A stretch of DNA of 64,000 nucleotides from Minisyncoccota bacterium (lineage in GTDB: Bacteria; Patescibacteriota; Minisyncoccia; Phycocordibacterales; UBA9973). Below, in pieces: positions 1 to 11,500 of this stretch. The notes under the pieces are model-generated. The model ran no database searches, was not told where the DNA came from, and saw only the letters and a list, made by a program, of their open reading frames with translations. A program made the translations under genes and the position numbers. How positions within the stretch are numbered: position 1 is the first letter of the stretch; each line of letters starts with the position of its first letter. The DNA lies in assembly GCA_039915165.1 (NCBI GenBank), contig JBDSNU010000007.1:113812-177811 (forward strand), given 5' to 3'.

Positions 1-591
1 TTTTGGATTGTCGGCTCGCAGCCATGTTAGACCTTTTTTATCTTTCCATGGTTTTCCTGTAGTTGTATCTTGCAATGCATCCTCAGGGTGAATTGTTGGC
101 CAATACGGATCTTGAAAAACAGCAATACGCCCAATGACATAGATATCTTTATCGTGTAAAGATTTGATCAATGTATCAAGGTGCGCGATACGCTTCGTAC
201 CAACACCACTAGCTGCCAATGTTGGATCTTGTGGTATGTATGACAGTCGTCCTGTAGCATCTTTAATATCAACTACTACTGCATTTACTTTTCCTCCATC
301 TAACAAAGTATTGAGATGGGCCATACTTGAAGGCGTACCAGCACTCCAACTTGAAATATAAATTGCATTAACTTGTGAGGGAGTTTCAATATGACTCACA
401 GGAGGAGTTACGGTCATAGGAACAATGTCCGCTGTTTGTGTAGTGGCAATACTTTCACTTTGTATTTGATTTGCGGGAACAATTGCCGCCGTATTGGTTC
501 GACTATAAAGATGCCATCCATACCCAGTGGCGATAAAAACAACAATGACGATTGCGATGATTCCGGATTTTCCAATGCCCTGTTGTTCCAT
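1..591 (-). CDS. Putative glycoside hydrolase (DUF4015-like), N-terminal TM, runs off window
   Basis: Manual translation from ATG 591: MEQQGIGKSGIIAIVIVVF...VNAVVVDIKDATG...IYVIGRIAVFQDP; NAVVxDxKD and IxRIxVFxD motifs fit this family. Confidence 0.65.
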   Translation of the reverse strand, partial: MEQQGIGKSGIIAIVIVVFIATGYGWHLYSRTNTAAIVPANQIQSESIATTQTADIVPMTVTPPVSHIETPSQVNAIYISSWSAGTPSSMAHLNTLLDGGKVNAVVVDIKDATGRLSYIPQDPTLAASGVGTKRIAHLDTLIKSLHDKDIYVIGRIAVFQDPYWPTIHPEDALQDTTTGKPWKDKKGLTWLRADNPK

Positions 592-631
592 AATGTATAC
601 AGCAAGTATACAATCATTATCCAATAAACAA

Positions 632-1051
632 CTAGTCTTGCTCTGCTTCTGCTGCAGCTCGGGCAGCGGCAACTTCTCCTGCGATGCGTTCTAAGTTATC
701 TGCGGGATCAGAATAGTCAGTACCGTCAGGAATATAATCGATAGCTTCTTGCAACTTCTGTTCAGCATTTGGATAATCCTTCAATTGTGCAAAAAGTACT
801 CCCATCGCATTTAAAATATATGAGGCGGTACTATTTTTTTTGAGATATGTCGCTGAGTGAGCAAAGAGTGTTGGTGCTATTTTGCGAAGCTCTTCAAGAT
901 CGGTAACGTGTGACTCTTGTTCTCTAGCATATTTGCCAGCATCCTCGATCAGTACATCAAAAGCTTTACTGTATTGTTCCAGCGCCTCTTCAATATGACC
1001 CTTATCCTGCAAGGTTTGTGCTCGTTCCAAGATTTCTTCTACCGTATTCAT
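632..1051 (-). CDS. TPR-repeat protein
   Basis: GHIEEALEQYSKA and ILNAMGVLFAQLKDYPNAEQKLQEAI TPR-like helices; start moved to MNTVEE. Confidence 0.65.
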   Translation of the reverse strand: MNTVEEILERAQTLQDKGHIEEALEQYSKAFDVLIEDAGKYAREQESHVTDLEELRKIAPTLFAHSATYLKKNSTASYILNAMGVLFAQLKDYPNAEQKLQEAIDYIPDGTDYSDPADNLERIAGEVAAARAAAEAEQD

Positions 1052-1134
1052 AGCCACTATAGTATATGGATATTTGTCCATGCGCAATATCCATCCTGAG
1101 CATTTGTTGAAGGACATGCTATACTCGCCAAATC

Positions 1135-1944
1135 ATGAAAAACCAGCGCAAAACGCTTCCGATGAATAAATCTTTTGAACACCCTACTCCTCGTAAGGTG
1201 GTTAAACTGGCAAGTACACTTGCACCTGGTCTAGAACGTCTTGAACGAGCAATTGCTCACCAAGGGCTAGCATCACGTCGCGAAGCTAAGGCATTGATCA
1301 CTGAAGGGTCAGTTAAGGTTAATGGCAAAATTATCAAAGAACCAGGATATGGAATAAAGGTGGGTATAGATGTTATTGATATCAAAGGCGGTGTACTACA
1401 AGAAGGCAAAGAATCAGTCTTGGTATACAAACCAAGAAATATTGAAACAAGTCGAACAGATTTTGGTTCTACTGCTGACAAATCTACAAAGAGTAAGGTG
1501 AAAGATTTACATGACTTCTTTCCTAAGTTTAAACACCTAGCTCCAATTGGCCGTCTCGACAAAGAATCAGAAGGGTTGATCATTATGTCGAACGATGGAA
1601 CATTGGCTCGAGCACTCACACAAGAAGACTCTCACGTTGGTAAAAAATATTTAGTAACCGTTCGTGAAAATATTACCGATACTACAATTTCAAAAATGAC
1701 AAAAGGTATCACGCTTGATGGCGTTAAAACAAAACCCGCAGTTATAGAGCGTGCATCACGTAGATCATTTACTATTATTCTTCACGAGGGACGCAAGCAT
1801 CAAATCCGCCGTATGGCCGATGCCTGCCATCTTACCGTTGAAGAACTTATCCGTACCGATATCGGTTCACTAAATATTGGAACAATGAAAGCTGGTTCTG
1901 TAAGAATCCTCGGTGCAGCTGATATTAAGAAATTGAAGAAATAA
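1135..1944 (+). CDS. rRNA pseudouridine synthase, RsuA/RluB family
   Basis: S4 domain (GLASRREA), catalytic GRLD, EGRKHQIRRM. Confidence 0.9.
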   Translation: MKNQRKTLPMNKSFEHPTPRKVVKLASTLAPGLERLERAIAHQGLASRREAKALITEGSVKVNGKIIKEPGYGIKVGIDVIDIKGGVLQEGKESVLVYKPRNIETSRTDFGSTADKSTKSKVKDLHDFFPKFKHLAPIGRLDKESEGLIIMSNDGTLARALTQEDSHVGKKYLVTVRENITDTTISKMTKGITLDGVKTKPAVIERASRRSFTIILHEGRKHQIRRMADACHLTVEELIRTDIGSLNIGTMKAGSVRILGAADIKKLKK

Positions 1945-1978
1945 AAATGTGCATTGCCTAGCAATGCACATTTTTATT
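1940..1978. terminator. Bidirectional intrinsic terminator
   Basis: AATAAAAATGTGCATTGC-CTA-GCAATGCACATTTTTATT between convergent genes. Confidence 0.75.
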
Positions 1979-2543
1979 ATCCTAATAGCGCCAACACTTC
2001 AGCAATACCAGTTTTTTCTTCCGCAGAAAATGGAATGACTAATTGTCCGTGCAATGTTTCTTTAATTTTTGCCAATACTGCTTGGCGAGTAGACTTCTTA
2101 ACCTTATCAATTTTGTTAGCGAGGATGATGACATCTTTATTGTCTTCAAGTAATGCATCAAGCATTTCTAGATCGGGCTCTGTTGGTCCAACAAATGCAT
2201 CAATGATCAGTACTACTTTCTTTGGCATGATCAACGGATTAAATAAGTAACTTTTGATCACGTCTTCAATTTTGGCACGCTCAACTTTTGAAACTTTGGC
2301 ATACCCATAACCAGGAAGGTCAATCAAATAAAACTTGTTGTTGATCAAGAAGACATTGATCTGACGAGTTCGTCCAGGAAAAGAACTAGTCTTGGCCAAC
2401 CCTTTGACCTTTGTCAGCACATTGATAGTACTCGACTTCCCTACATTAGAACGCCCAATAAAGGCTACCTGCGGAAATTGCAGATCTGTAACCTCGTTAC
2501 CATCTGTAACGCCTTTGATAAATTGTGCTGAAGTAATATTCAT
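1977..2543 (-). CDS. engB: Ribosome biogenesis GTPase EngB/YihA/YsxC
   Basis: GRSNVGKSS, DLPGYGYA, NKID motifs. Confidence 0.95.
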   Translation of the reverse strand: MNITSAQFIKGVTDGNEVTDLQFPQVAFIGRSNVGKSSTINVLTKVKGLAKTSSFPGRTRQINVFLINNKFYLIDLPGYGYAKVSKVERAKIEDVIKSYLFNPLIMPKKVVLIIDAFVGPTEPDLEMLDALLEDNKDVIILANKIDKVKKSTRQAVLAKIKETLHGQLVIPFSAEEKTGIAEVLALLG

Positions 2544-2601
2544 AGGGTCATACTAGCAGAATACGGAGATTTAGGCGATATAAAGCAATCTCGTAATATA
2601 A

Positions 2602-3684
2602 TTACTGTTTAAATCTTATTTGGAAATTTAAATTCATGAAATTTTCACCATTACTTTCATAAATTTTACCGAATTCATGTCTGCCTGAACTGGGAGTATC
2701 AAAGTATGTATTCTTGTAGAGATAATCTTTAAACTCTTCTCGATTATACACATTATAACAAACCACATCACCATCATTTTTAACAATAATATAACCACCA
2801 TAAGCTTGCATATTTCCTTCCCATATTTTACTTGGCACCATACCCAGAGCAACCGCAACTAAAAACTCTTTCATTTTATGAACAAAAAAGGTTTTAGTTA
2901 TATTTAGTTTGTTATTTAAAGTTTCTTCTTTTTCAATAACATCAACCAGATCTTCAACTGATTTTCCTTTTCCTTGATAATAAGCAAGCAGAACCTCACT
3001 TAACATTTGTGGAAAAATGGAATCTGTCATTTTAAGATTTGATTCAAATTTCTTACTAGATGTTTCAATAAAATTTAATTTTACGCCATTATTAATTATC
3101 GTATTTATTCTATCTTTTATCTTAGATTTTGTTTTAATTGCATTTATTTCTTCAATATTAGGTATTCCTCCTTTTATTAAATAAATAAAATTAGTATGGC
3201 CTGAGGCATTTAATAATGTCGAACCACCTCCAAGCATAGATTTAACGCTAAATCCTAACTTTGTATCTTCAGGGGATATTCTATCTTTTACTGTCATAAT
3301 TAGATCTTCTTTTTTATAACTTGAAGCCTTAACTCTTGTACAATACATTTCGTTCATTAATTCTTCGGCAGTATTCGAAACAAAAGAAGATGAGGATGCA
3401 TTTTTTATCTCGTCAAAAATTTTAAGTGCGCATATCTTCAACTTTTCAGCTTTTATAACTGACAATTGTTCTCCATTTTTGATAATAGAAACTGAGTTTG
3501 AATCATTTGCTATTTCATATATGTATTTTTCTCCAGGGAATTCTTCTCTTATAATATTTAAAACTTCTAAGTATTTTTCTGGAATTCTATTTCGAGCAGA
3601 ATCAGCTGCAAATAATTTACCTTCTGAAAGAATTTTTACTAGTGCATAAAATTCACTCCATTCTCCCTTATTTGCTTTTATCAT
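2602..3684 (-). CDS. Type II restriction endonuclease, HpaII family
   Basis: N-terminal ANKGEWSEFY, GFSVKSMLG..TLLNAS, TPSSGRH...NFQIRF; overlaps a C5 methylase. Confidence 0.8.
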   Translation of the reverse strand: MIKANKGEWSEFYALVKILSEGKLFAADSARNRIPEKYLEVLNIIREEFPGEKYIYEIANDSNSVSIIKNGEQLSVIKAEKLKICALKIFDEIKNASSSSFVSNTAEELMNEMYCTRVKASSYKKEDLIMTVKDRISPEDTKLGFSVKSMLGGGSTLLNASGHTNFIYLIKGGIPNIEEINAIKTKSKIKDRINTIINNGVKLNFIETSSKKFESNLKMTDSIFPQMLSEVLLAYYQGKGKSVEDLVDVIEKEETLNNKLNITKTFFVHKMKEFLVAVALGMVPSKIWEGNMQAYGGYIIVKNDGDVVCYNVYNREEFKDYLYKNTYFDTPSSGRHEFGKIYESNGENFMNLNFQIRFKQ

Positions 3685-4552
3685 ATTCTTTCATTGACTT
3701 AATTATTTGTTTTGCAACAGCTTGAATTGCTGGAACTGCAACAGAATTTCCGAGCTGTTTCATCGCCTGAGCTTCTGAAACTGGAAATTGGTAGGTTTCA
3801 GGAAAACCCATCATTCTTTTACCTTCCTCAACTGTAATTCTTTTTGCCTTTCCATCTACTAAATAAGTATCCCAGTTTCTACGATCATGTAACCCAGATC
3901 CTCTTCCTCCAACACGTAATGTGTAACCAATATCTTTTTCACAATATGCGCCAAAAATATTAGACATGGTCATTGTTCTTTCTATTGGTTTTGGAAACTC
4001 AAATTTTATTTCTTTATTTTTAAAACCAATCATAAAAAGTCGCGCCCTATGTTGAGGAAGATTAAAGTCAGAAGCTCTAACTATTTTATAATAAAAAGAA
4101 TATCCCAGCTCTTCTTCAATAACTCTTTTTACTTCAGCGAAAGTATTACCGTTATCATGCTTTAAGAAGTGACTTACATTTTCAAGAAAAAATGCTTCTG
4201 GTCTTTTTTCTTTTAAGATTTTTACGATATCATAAAACAAAGTTCCTCGAACATCATCAAATCCTTTTTTCTTTCCCGCATGACTAAATGGCTGGCAAGG
4301 AAACCCTCCAGTGAGGATATTAAAATCGGGTATATTTTTAGGATCAACTTCTTTTATATCTCCAACAAAATTATTACCTTCAAAAATCCACGGTTCTTTC
4401 TTTTTGAAGTTTAGCTGATATGTTTCTCTTGCCTTTTGGTCCAGCTCAGATACAAAGACACATTCAGCTCCAGCATTTGAAAATGCAATATTAAAACCTC
4501 CAATACCCGCAAATAGATCTATAAATTTTATTTTAGAGTTATCTTGTTTCAT
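3668..4552 (-). CDS. DNA (cytosine-5) methyltransferase
   Basis: DLFAGIGG, GFPCQPFS, ENV, QHRAR, GNSV motifs. Confidence 0.95.
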   Translation of the reverse strand: MKQDNSKIKFIDLFAGIGGFNIAFSNAGAECVFVSELDQKARETYQLNFKKKEPWIFEGNNFVGDIKEVDPKNIPDFNILTGGFPCQPFSHAGKKKGFDDVRGTLFYDIVKILKEKRPEAFFLENVSHFLKHDNGNTFAEVKRVIEEELGYSFYYKIVRASDFNLPQHRARLFMIGFKNKEIKFEFPKPIERTMTMSNIFGAYCEKDIGYTLRVGGRGSGLHDRRNWDTYLVDGKAKRITVEEGKRMMGFPETYQFPVSEAQAMKQLGNSVAVPAIQAVAKQIIKSMKEYDKSK

Positions 4553-4707
4553 TAAAGGTAAATAGTATTAAAATATCTCTATAAGTCGATATTCTATTAT
4601 CAGCTGATTATCTCATAAATTCAAGATTTTCTCAATTCATTCGGTGACACTATTAATGAGTATAGTTAGCCAATATATCCTTAAAAGTTTATACTGGATA
4701 TATTATT

Positions 4708-5250
4708 ATGGATGAAAAATATATAATTTTTGAAGGTTTAATTGATCAACAGGCTTCCACCAAACTTGTTGATGCAATTAAGAGCCTGACTAACTCTGGG
4801 GCTACAAAGATAACGATTCTTTTTTCTTCTCTAGGGGGAAGTATTTACGAAGGATTTTTAATCGCTACACTGATTCAAAACTCCCGTATACCAATTAAAA
4901 TTCATGCAACAAACCATATTGACTCAATTGCAAATGTCATCTTTCTTTCAGCAAAAGAAAAAACTGCGGAGTCTCATGCAAAGTTTTATCTTCACGGGGC
5001 AGCTATCCAAGGAAATTTTGATGAGAAAGCACTATTAGAAAAACTATCAGAAATCAGAGCACAAAATACTAGAATTGCTAACTTCGTTTCGGAAAATTCA
5101 TCAATTATATTTAAAAAAGTTCAGGAGATGATGAAAGCTGGAACTACACTATCGACACAAGAAGCCCATAAAAAACAAATGGTTGATAGAATTGAACATT
5201 TAGAAATTCCTGCTTTTGCAGAAAGAATTGAAATAATTTACGTTAACTAA
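4708..5250 (+). CDS. ClpP-like protease subunit (peptidase S14)
   Basis: SLGGSIYEG, DSIA (Ser), FYLH (His) spaced as in ClpP. Confidence 0.75.
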   Translation: MDEKYIIFEGLIDQQASTKLVDAIKSLTNSGATKITILFSSLGGSIYEGFLIATLIQNSRIPIKIHATNHIDSIANVIFLSAKEKTAESHAKFYLHGAAIQGNFDEKALLEKLSEIRAQNTRIANFVSENSSIIFKKVQEMMKAGTTLSTQEAHKKQMVDRIEHLEIPAFAERIEIIYVN

Positions 5251-5617
5251 AATTTTTCTTCCATAAAGCTATTAACACCCTCAAATTGCTCTTATACCTC
5301 AATTCCACATGCCATTTCTTATAGTTCGGTGATTGCTCACCTACTAGATCCCAAAATGCCTGAGAGTGATTGAATTGCTTTAAATGGCAAAGCTCATGAA
5401 TGATCAGATAGTCCTGGGCTTCTGGTTCTAGAAAGAGAATGCGGTAGCTGAAGTTTAGATTACCCTTACTAGAACAACTTCCCCATCGGGTTTTTTGGTT
5501 GCGAATAGAAACGCGGTGATAGGTGAAATTATAATACGCATTGAAGTGTTCCAAGCGCTCATGAACAAGGATGCGGGCCTGCTCTTTGTATTTATTGTAG
5601 AAGGTATTTCGAAGCAT
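5243..5617 (-). CDS. YgjP-like/M48 zinc metallohydrolase
   Basis: QKTRWGSCS, HELCH, NHS..FW. Confidence 0.85.
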   Translation of the reverse strand: MLRNTFYNKYKEQARILVHERLEHFNAYYNFTYHRVSIRNQKTRWGSCSSKGNLNFSYRILFLEPEAQDYLIIHELCHLKQFNHSQAFWDLVGEQSPNYKKWHVELRYKSNLRVLIALWKKNFS

Positions 5618-5686
5618 TGAGACCTAATAGTCCCATACTTTGAGGATTTTCAAAAGCAAATGCAAATATGCTATGGTTGTGGGTAT

Positions 5687-6862
5687 ATGAAGGAATTCAC
5701 ATTTTCTCAGCCGGTGAACATTGATACATTGCCGGCCACACTTTCCCAGCTAACCGGGTCACCGATAATTACTGGGGGCACTATCGATATATTAAACAAT
5801 GGTGATGAATTTTTTCCGTCACTATATACAGATCTCGAGGGCGCCAAAACTTCCATTGAGTTCAGTGTATACATTTGGAAGAAAGGTGTAGTAAGCACCA
5901 AAGTATGTAACCTTCTGATACAAAAAGCAAAACAAGGTGTACAAGTAAGACTATTACTTGATAGTTTTGGCGCACAACATACACCTGCAAATAAAATTGC
6001 TGAACTTAAAAAAGCAGGCGGAATGGTAGCGTGGTATCACCCGTTAAAATTTGGACTATTAATGAAGTTTTTCAAGCGTAACCATAGTCGATCTATCACG
6101 ATAGACAATACAATCTCATATACAGGGGGCATGGCAATTGCAGACTATTGGCTTGGTCATGCACAAGATAAGAATCATTGGAGAGATATCATGTTTCGCT
6201 TGAAAGGCCCCATCATCCATTCTGTTCAAGAGGCATTTACAAATATCTGGACTAGTGTTACCGGAGAAATACTTGTCGCTTCCCCCATCACTACACCGCC
6301 TGGAAATGAAATGCTTTCAATTGGTTATGTGAACGCATCTCCTGACCAAGATATGGAGCAACTATCTGCATTTTTCGCTACCACTATTGCTGCTGCCCGA
6401 GTATCAATAGATATTGTTACTCCTTATCTTATTCTTCAACCTCGGTTGAAAAAACAACTTATCAACGCAGTTCAACGAGGTGTGACAGTTCGCCTCTTAC
6501 TCCCCGGAAGATATATTGATTCAAAGATTGTGCAAGCAGCAAGTCAATATTCGTACAATGCATTACTCAGAGGCGGAATAAAAATTTTTGAATACAAGCC
6601 AACTATGATCCATGCAAAACTCTTGGTAGTTGATGGAGTATGGTCAATAATCGGTTCTGCCAATATCGACACGCGATCAACTTTTTATAATGTTGAAAAC
6701 AATATTGGTATAGCTGATGAGAAGTTTGCGGCCAAATTACAATCTATCATTCATGTTGAGATTACTAATGCTAGAGAAATTAAGGTCCGTAGATGGCAGC
6801 GTCGCTTTATATTTAGGAAAATCGCAGAATTTTTTGCTACCATTCCTGACGAGCAGTTTTAA
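5687..6862 (+). CDS. cls: Phospholipase D superfamily, cardiolipin synthase-like
   Basis: LNNGDEFF, HSRSITID (degenerate HKD), HAKLLVVD..GSAN. Confidence 0.8.
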   Translation: MKEFTFSQPVNIDTLPATLSQLTGSPIITGGTIDILNNGDEFFPSLYTDLEGAKTSIEFSVYIWKKGVVSTKVCNLLIQKAKQGVQVRLLLDSFGAQHTPANKIAELKKAGGMVAWYHPLKFGLLMKFFKRNHSRSITIDNTISYTGGMAIADYWLGHAQDKNHWRDIMFRLKGPIIHSVQEAFTNIWTSVTGEILVASPITTPPGNEMLSIGYVNASPDQDMEQLSAFFATTIAAARVSIDIVTPYLILQPRLKKQLINAVQRGVTVRLLLPGRYIDSKIVQAASQYSYNALLRGGIKIFEYKPTMIHAKLLVVDGVWSIIGSANIDTRSTFYNVENNIGIADEKFAAKLQSIIHVEITNAREIKVRRWQRRFIFRKIAEFFATIPDEQF

Positions 6863-8548
6863 TTATTTATTATTCTTTGCAGCAATCACTGCTCTCGCGA
6901 GACGAAGTGTGTCGAAGGTATATTTGCCATCTAAGTGATTGTAAACAGGAGAAAGTAATGTCGTATCGCAGGCTGAAAAAGCGACAGTTATAGTTGGTAA
7001 TGCTTTTTGTAATTTTGCATCAACAAAATGAGCGATATTTTCGTAATTGAGTTTTTTAAGAATAATCAACTTTTCAATATGATCAAGAATTGTCGTCGCT
7101 ACCATTTTGCGCGCTTTGGCGATTTCAGATAATGACTTCCCTTCTAAGACTAAATCTTTTGTTAGGTCTAATGTGTCCTTCTTTTCTATTTTTTCAGACT
7201 TACCTTTTTTGGCCTCTAACGTACCTCCTGCAGCCAAAATGAAATTCTTGTGCATTGTTTCAATATCTTCTGGTTCAATATTGGCAAAAATACCCTGTGC
7301 TGAATCCGATTGCTCATGAAAGATTTGATCTTCTTGGAGAATTCGAGGGTGCACTTGAAATGTTTGCGCATTCCAACCTGCAAGATATAAACCGCTCAAT
7401 GTACGGACACGAGAAAGCGCCACATACCCTTGGCCGAATTCAAATACCTGACGCAGGTCCATCATGGCATTGTCGAGTGATAACCCTTGGCTTTTGTGAA
7501 TGGTAATTGCCCATGCTAAGCGTAACGGTATTTGCCCAATAGTTGCTTTGACCTTGCCATCTTCTTCAATCGTCCAATCCATAGGCTCAATAGTAATTTC
7601 TTCACGATTTTTAGTTTGGATGATGGGATATTTAGTGCCAGTTTCAAAACGCATTACAGTACCAGTGGTACCGTTTACATACCCTTTTTGCATATTATTT
7701 TTTGTACACATAACTGCAACTCCGATTTTCAAATCTAACCGTTCAGGAGAAAGACAGCCTTTTTTCAAACTAGCTACAAGTGACTCCGAGCCTTTACTAA
7801 ACATTGTGTATGTATTTGTTGGACCATCGATCGCATTTAGCGCAGCGGTATTGATAGCATCAACATCAGCATTGTGTGCATACAATCGAGTCATGTTTTC
7901 TGTGTCATCAAAAGAATCACTATCACTAATGAGTCTTTGTTCTAAATGAATCATGTGGTCATCCATGCGTTCATTGCGACGGATGGCTGAGAGCAAATGT
8001 AAAAATGTTTCATCACTTTGACGGTGTTGTTCTGTAAGATAACACACTAGTGGCTTCATTTCTTTCCATACACGCGCTTCAAATGCAAATGGTACAACAT
8101 CACCATATCGTGAAATCGGTGGCAGTTGAAAAAAGTCGCCAACCAAAACAACTTGTATACCACCAAATGGTTCTGGAGATTGCTTGATTGTTTTACATAC
8201 TGCATCCACTAGATCTAATGTAAATCCATCAATCATAGACACTTCGTCAATAATCAACACTTTTGTTTTATTGATACGTCGTACTAGATATTCTGTAGTC
8301 GATAATTTATCTAAATCGTATGGTGACAATGTTTTGCGAATACCAATACCACTCCATGAGTGTATGGTTTGCCCTTGAATATGAGTTGCTGCAATACCAG
8401 TTGAAGCAGTAATTGCCGGTTCAATGCCATGCTCTTTTAAATAAGAAACAAAGGCATTAATTGTGAAGGTTTTACCTGCACCTGGCTCCCCTGTCAAAAA
8501 GACGCTTGCCCCAGTCTTTAATATCGTTAATGCTTGATTTTGGGTCAT
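6863..8548 (-). CDS. PIF1-family SF1B helicase with C-terminal HTH
   Basis: GEPGAGKT, DEVSM, GDFFQLPP, AITIHKSQG, QGYVALSR. Confidence 0.9.
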   Translation of the reverse strand: MTQNQALTILKTGASVFLTGEPGAGKTFTINAFVSYLKEHGIEPAITASTGIAATHIQGQTIHSWSGIGIRKTLSPYDLDKLSTTEYLVRRINKTKVLIIDEVSMIDGFTLDLVDAVCKTIKQSPEPFGGIQVVLVGDFFQLPPISRYGDVVPFAFEARVWKEMKPLVCYLTEQHRQSDETFLHLLSAIRRNERMDDHMIHLEQRLISDSDSFDDTENMTRLYAHNADVDAINTAALNAIDGPTNTYTMFSKGSESLVASLKKGCLSPERLDLKIGVAVMCTKNNMQKGYVNGTTGTVMRFETGTKYPIIQTKNREEITIEPMDWTIEEDGKVKATIGQIPLRLAWAITIHKSQGLSLDNAMMDLRQVFEFGQGYVALSRVRTLSGLYLAGWNAQTFQVHPRILQEDQIFHEQSDSAQGIFANIEPEDIETMHKNFILAAGGTLEAKKGKSEKIEKKDTLDLTKDLVLEGKSLSEIAKARKMVATTILDHIEKLIILKKLNYENIAHFVDAKLQKALPTITVAFSACDTTLLSPVYNHLDGKYTFDTLRLARAVIAAKNNK

Positions 8549-8566
8549 TAGGTCTTGATTGTAACA

Positions 8567-11500
8567 TTAGCTGCGTTTTTTGCTGAATACTGCCATTATA
8601 ACTAGTGCGCCAATAGCTAATAGTCCGAGAACTATTACCTTACCGGGACCAAGTGCTGTAACACCAGCAGCGCTGGCACTGAGCCCTTTCAAGGTTACTT
8701 CCGGATCTGACATTATGGTTCCTTCATCTGGAGCAGGAGCAGTAAGTATTGTGGTTGATGTAGTTTTTTTCTTGAGCGGAGTTTTTATGTCTTCCGCATC
8801 AGGCAAAATATCATCACTGGACTCATTATTTACATTTTCTTCTGATCCATCTGTATCAGTAGGAGTAACTGTACTACTTTGCATCGATACTGAAACATTA
8901 TTTCCCGACGAAGTTGCAATGGGAGCAGTTGTTGTGGTTGGAATAATCGTTGAAGTACTACCACCACTCTCAACTTTTAATTGTTTTATTTCTTCCGTAT
9001 TTCCGGCCCTATCGATTGATACAAAATAAACTGTACTACCTACACTTGTTGCAAAAGGCTTATCATATATTTGCCATACAATATTGTCAGTAGAATATTT
9101 TGTATTAAGGATGCCCGCATTATCATCTGTAGCTTTCAATGTAACTAAGCCATCAGCATATGTCGCTGTTGTAATGGGTACGACACTATCTTTTGCTTGC
9201 TTCTCTTCTAGAGATGATGATGCTTCAACAGTACGATCAATGGTGCCGTCATTATTATCATCAATAGTAATACTTGGTGAGCTATTTTCTTTACTTAAGG
9301 TAATCGTACCAAGTGTTTTGTCTGATAATAATGGCACTGCATGATAGTATGTTTGATGCGTTACAATATCAGATTCATCACTGTGCGAAATATACATGTC
9401 ATACAATCCAGCGGATTGTGCCTGCTGGGTTATTTTATATTTTGGACCAGTAGGTAAAAATACAAATTTTTCATCATCAATAACATCATACTGCACATTA
9501 GGAATTCCATACTCTATTCCTCCATCAATAGTTGGTCCAGTATGTCTACCTAATTCATCGTACACATTAAGCATAACTGGACTGTGCACATCAATAGTAT
9601 CCCCAGCCAAATTACATTGAGTCGACATAGTTGATATATCATTATTGGTAGTAGGCGCCTTGCCATCAAGTATTTGTACTATTGTGTCTTGAATTACAGG
9701 CAGTGATGCCACTGTGCCGTGCGAACCTGCGTGGACATAATAATTGTGAGCACCATTTTCAGCGACCGCGCTACTAACAGGAACTACGCCATCACCTGAA
9801 CCGTATAATAATCTATGCTCAGGGATTAACTTAAATCCAGTTAATGTTAAAGATTGTTCTTTTGTTAACGTAAAACCAGTAATTGTTTTTGTATTACCAC
9901 ATCCAGCAAAATCATACTTATCAAATGTCGAAGTCATTGTATCAATTTTGTCATGAAGTTGGTGGGCAAATGAAAACATGTTGTCATTTCTCCCATCCGC
10001 GATCATATACTTTTCGATATTGTCCTGACTCATATCATGTATTACTTGCGTTCTATCTTGAATGTAATGACTAACACCATCGATATATTTTTTGCTCGGT
10101 AAAAGTTCATACACTGAGGGCATATTTTGTGTAATAGTTTTCACTCGCTGCTCATTTAGTACGGGGACTTGTAATAACGAACCGAGAGAAAATCTAAAGC
10201 CCATATCATCACCATACATCAATGTTTTGAATGTTTTCGGAGCGCCGAGATGTGGCACTGCGATATAAAATAGATGATCAAGCGGTGCGGTTGGGTTTTC
10301 AGAAATATACTCTTTCACTAATAATCCGCCCATACTATGCGCAATGATGGTTACCTTTTTCTTCCCGCTCTTCAGTAATGCTTTTGCGATCATGTCTTTC
10401 AACAAGGATTGATTAACTGTATTACTTAGTCGCCAGTCATAGGGAAAGACAAATAAGTTAGCACCTTCGATATATCCTTTTGTATGTAAGGCATTTATCA
10501 TACTATTAAATATATCTACCGATGATGCTGAGCGAACAATGTCGCCTACTACCATTGGGCGCACTGTACTTGGAATACCGGTTTGTAATAACTCTAGATC
10601 ATTTAAATAACTATCTGTCGGACTTAGTGCAAGCTTAGCAATATTGGGCCATAACTCACTCTTATCTCCATAGTCTTTTGTTAAGATCGAACCGGTTATT
10701 CCTGGAACTATAATTATAGGATTTTGATCAGCTGTCGGAGGAGTAACAACGGGAGCCTCTGTTGTTGTCGGCTCATCTTTCATCCCTAACCATGGTTTAT
10801 AGATAACCTCAGTAGTGTTTTTTGTAATAATTGAATCACCTTTTCCCCCACTATTACTTTTAATGGTTGGCCCTGAATCACTGCCCCAGCCGTTATTTTT
10901 TATAACTGCTTTTACCATATCGATAACTGATACCCCTATAGTATTTCCATGAAAATAATTGTTGGTAATATTTTTAATTACAGGATTATTTAGTACGAGT
11001 GCAATTTTACTCGTAGTGAAATCAGAATTCGTAATAGTCAGATCACCTTGCTGCTCTGCAATAATAGCTGTTCCCGAAATATCTTTAAAATTACTGTGAG
11101 TAACACTTACCCCGGAAGCGGTTGCCTTAATAGCACTGCATAGATTGTGGAAATTGGTATATTTAATTTTACTATCAGCATTTGCTGCAAGAATGATAGA
11201 TGACATGTTGAGTGGACAAGTGCCATCTCCATAAACATTTACTGGTGATGCCTCCGTACCATTCACCACCAATGTGCCTCCTTGAGCTACATTAATACTA
11301 AACCCATCTTGAATAAAAACAGTAATACCATAATCTATAGTCAGCGTACCGCCATTCAATACCGTAATACCAAACACATAATATTCTCCATCGCGGGAAT
11401 TAAAATGGTAATTTTGACCTTGTAAAATATCACCACCATAATTCCACCCTTTAAACCCTTTCCCTAAAAACGTTGTGCCTGAATGTGTAAATGTGCCGTA

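Noticed and set aside
2565-5300. Inverted end sites around the R-M islet (TATAA.AGCAAT)
   Set aside because: Too short and AT-rich to distinguish from chance
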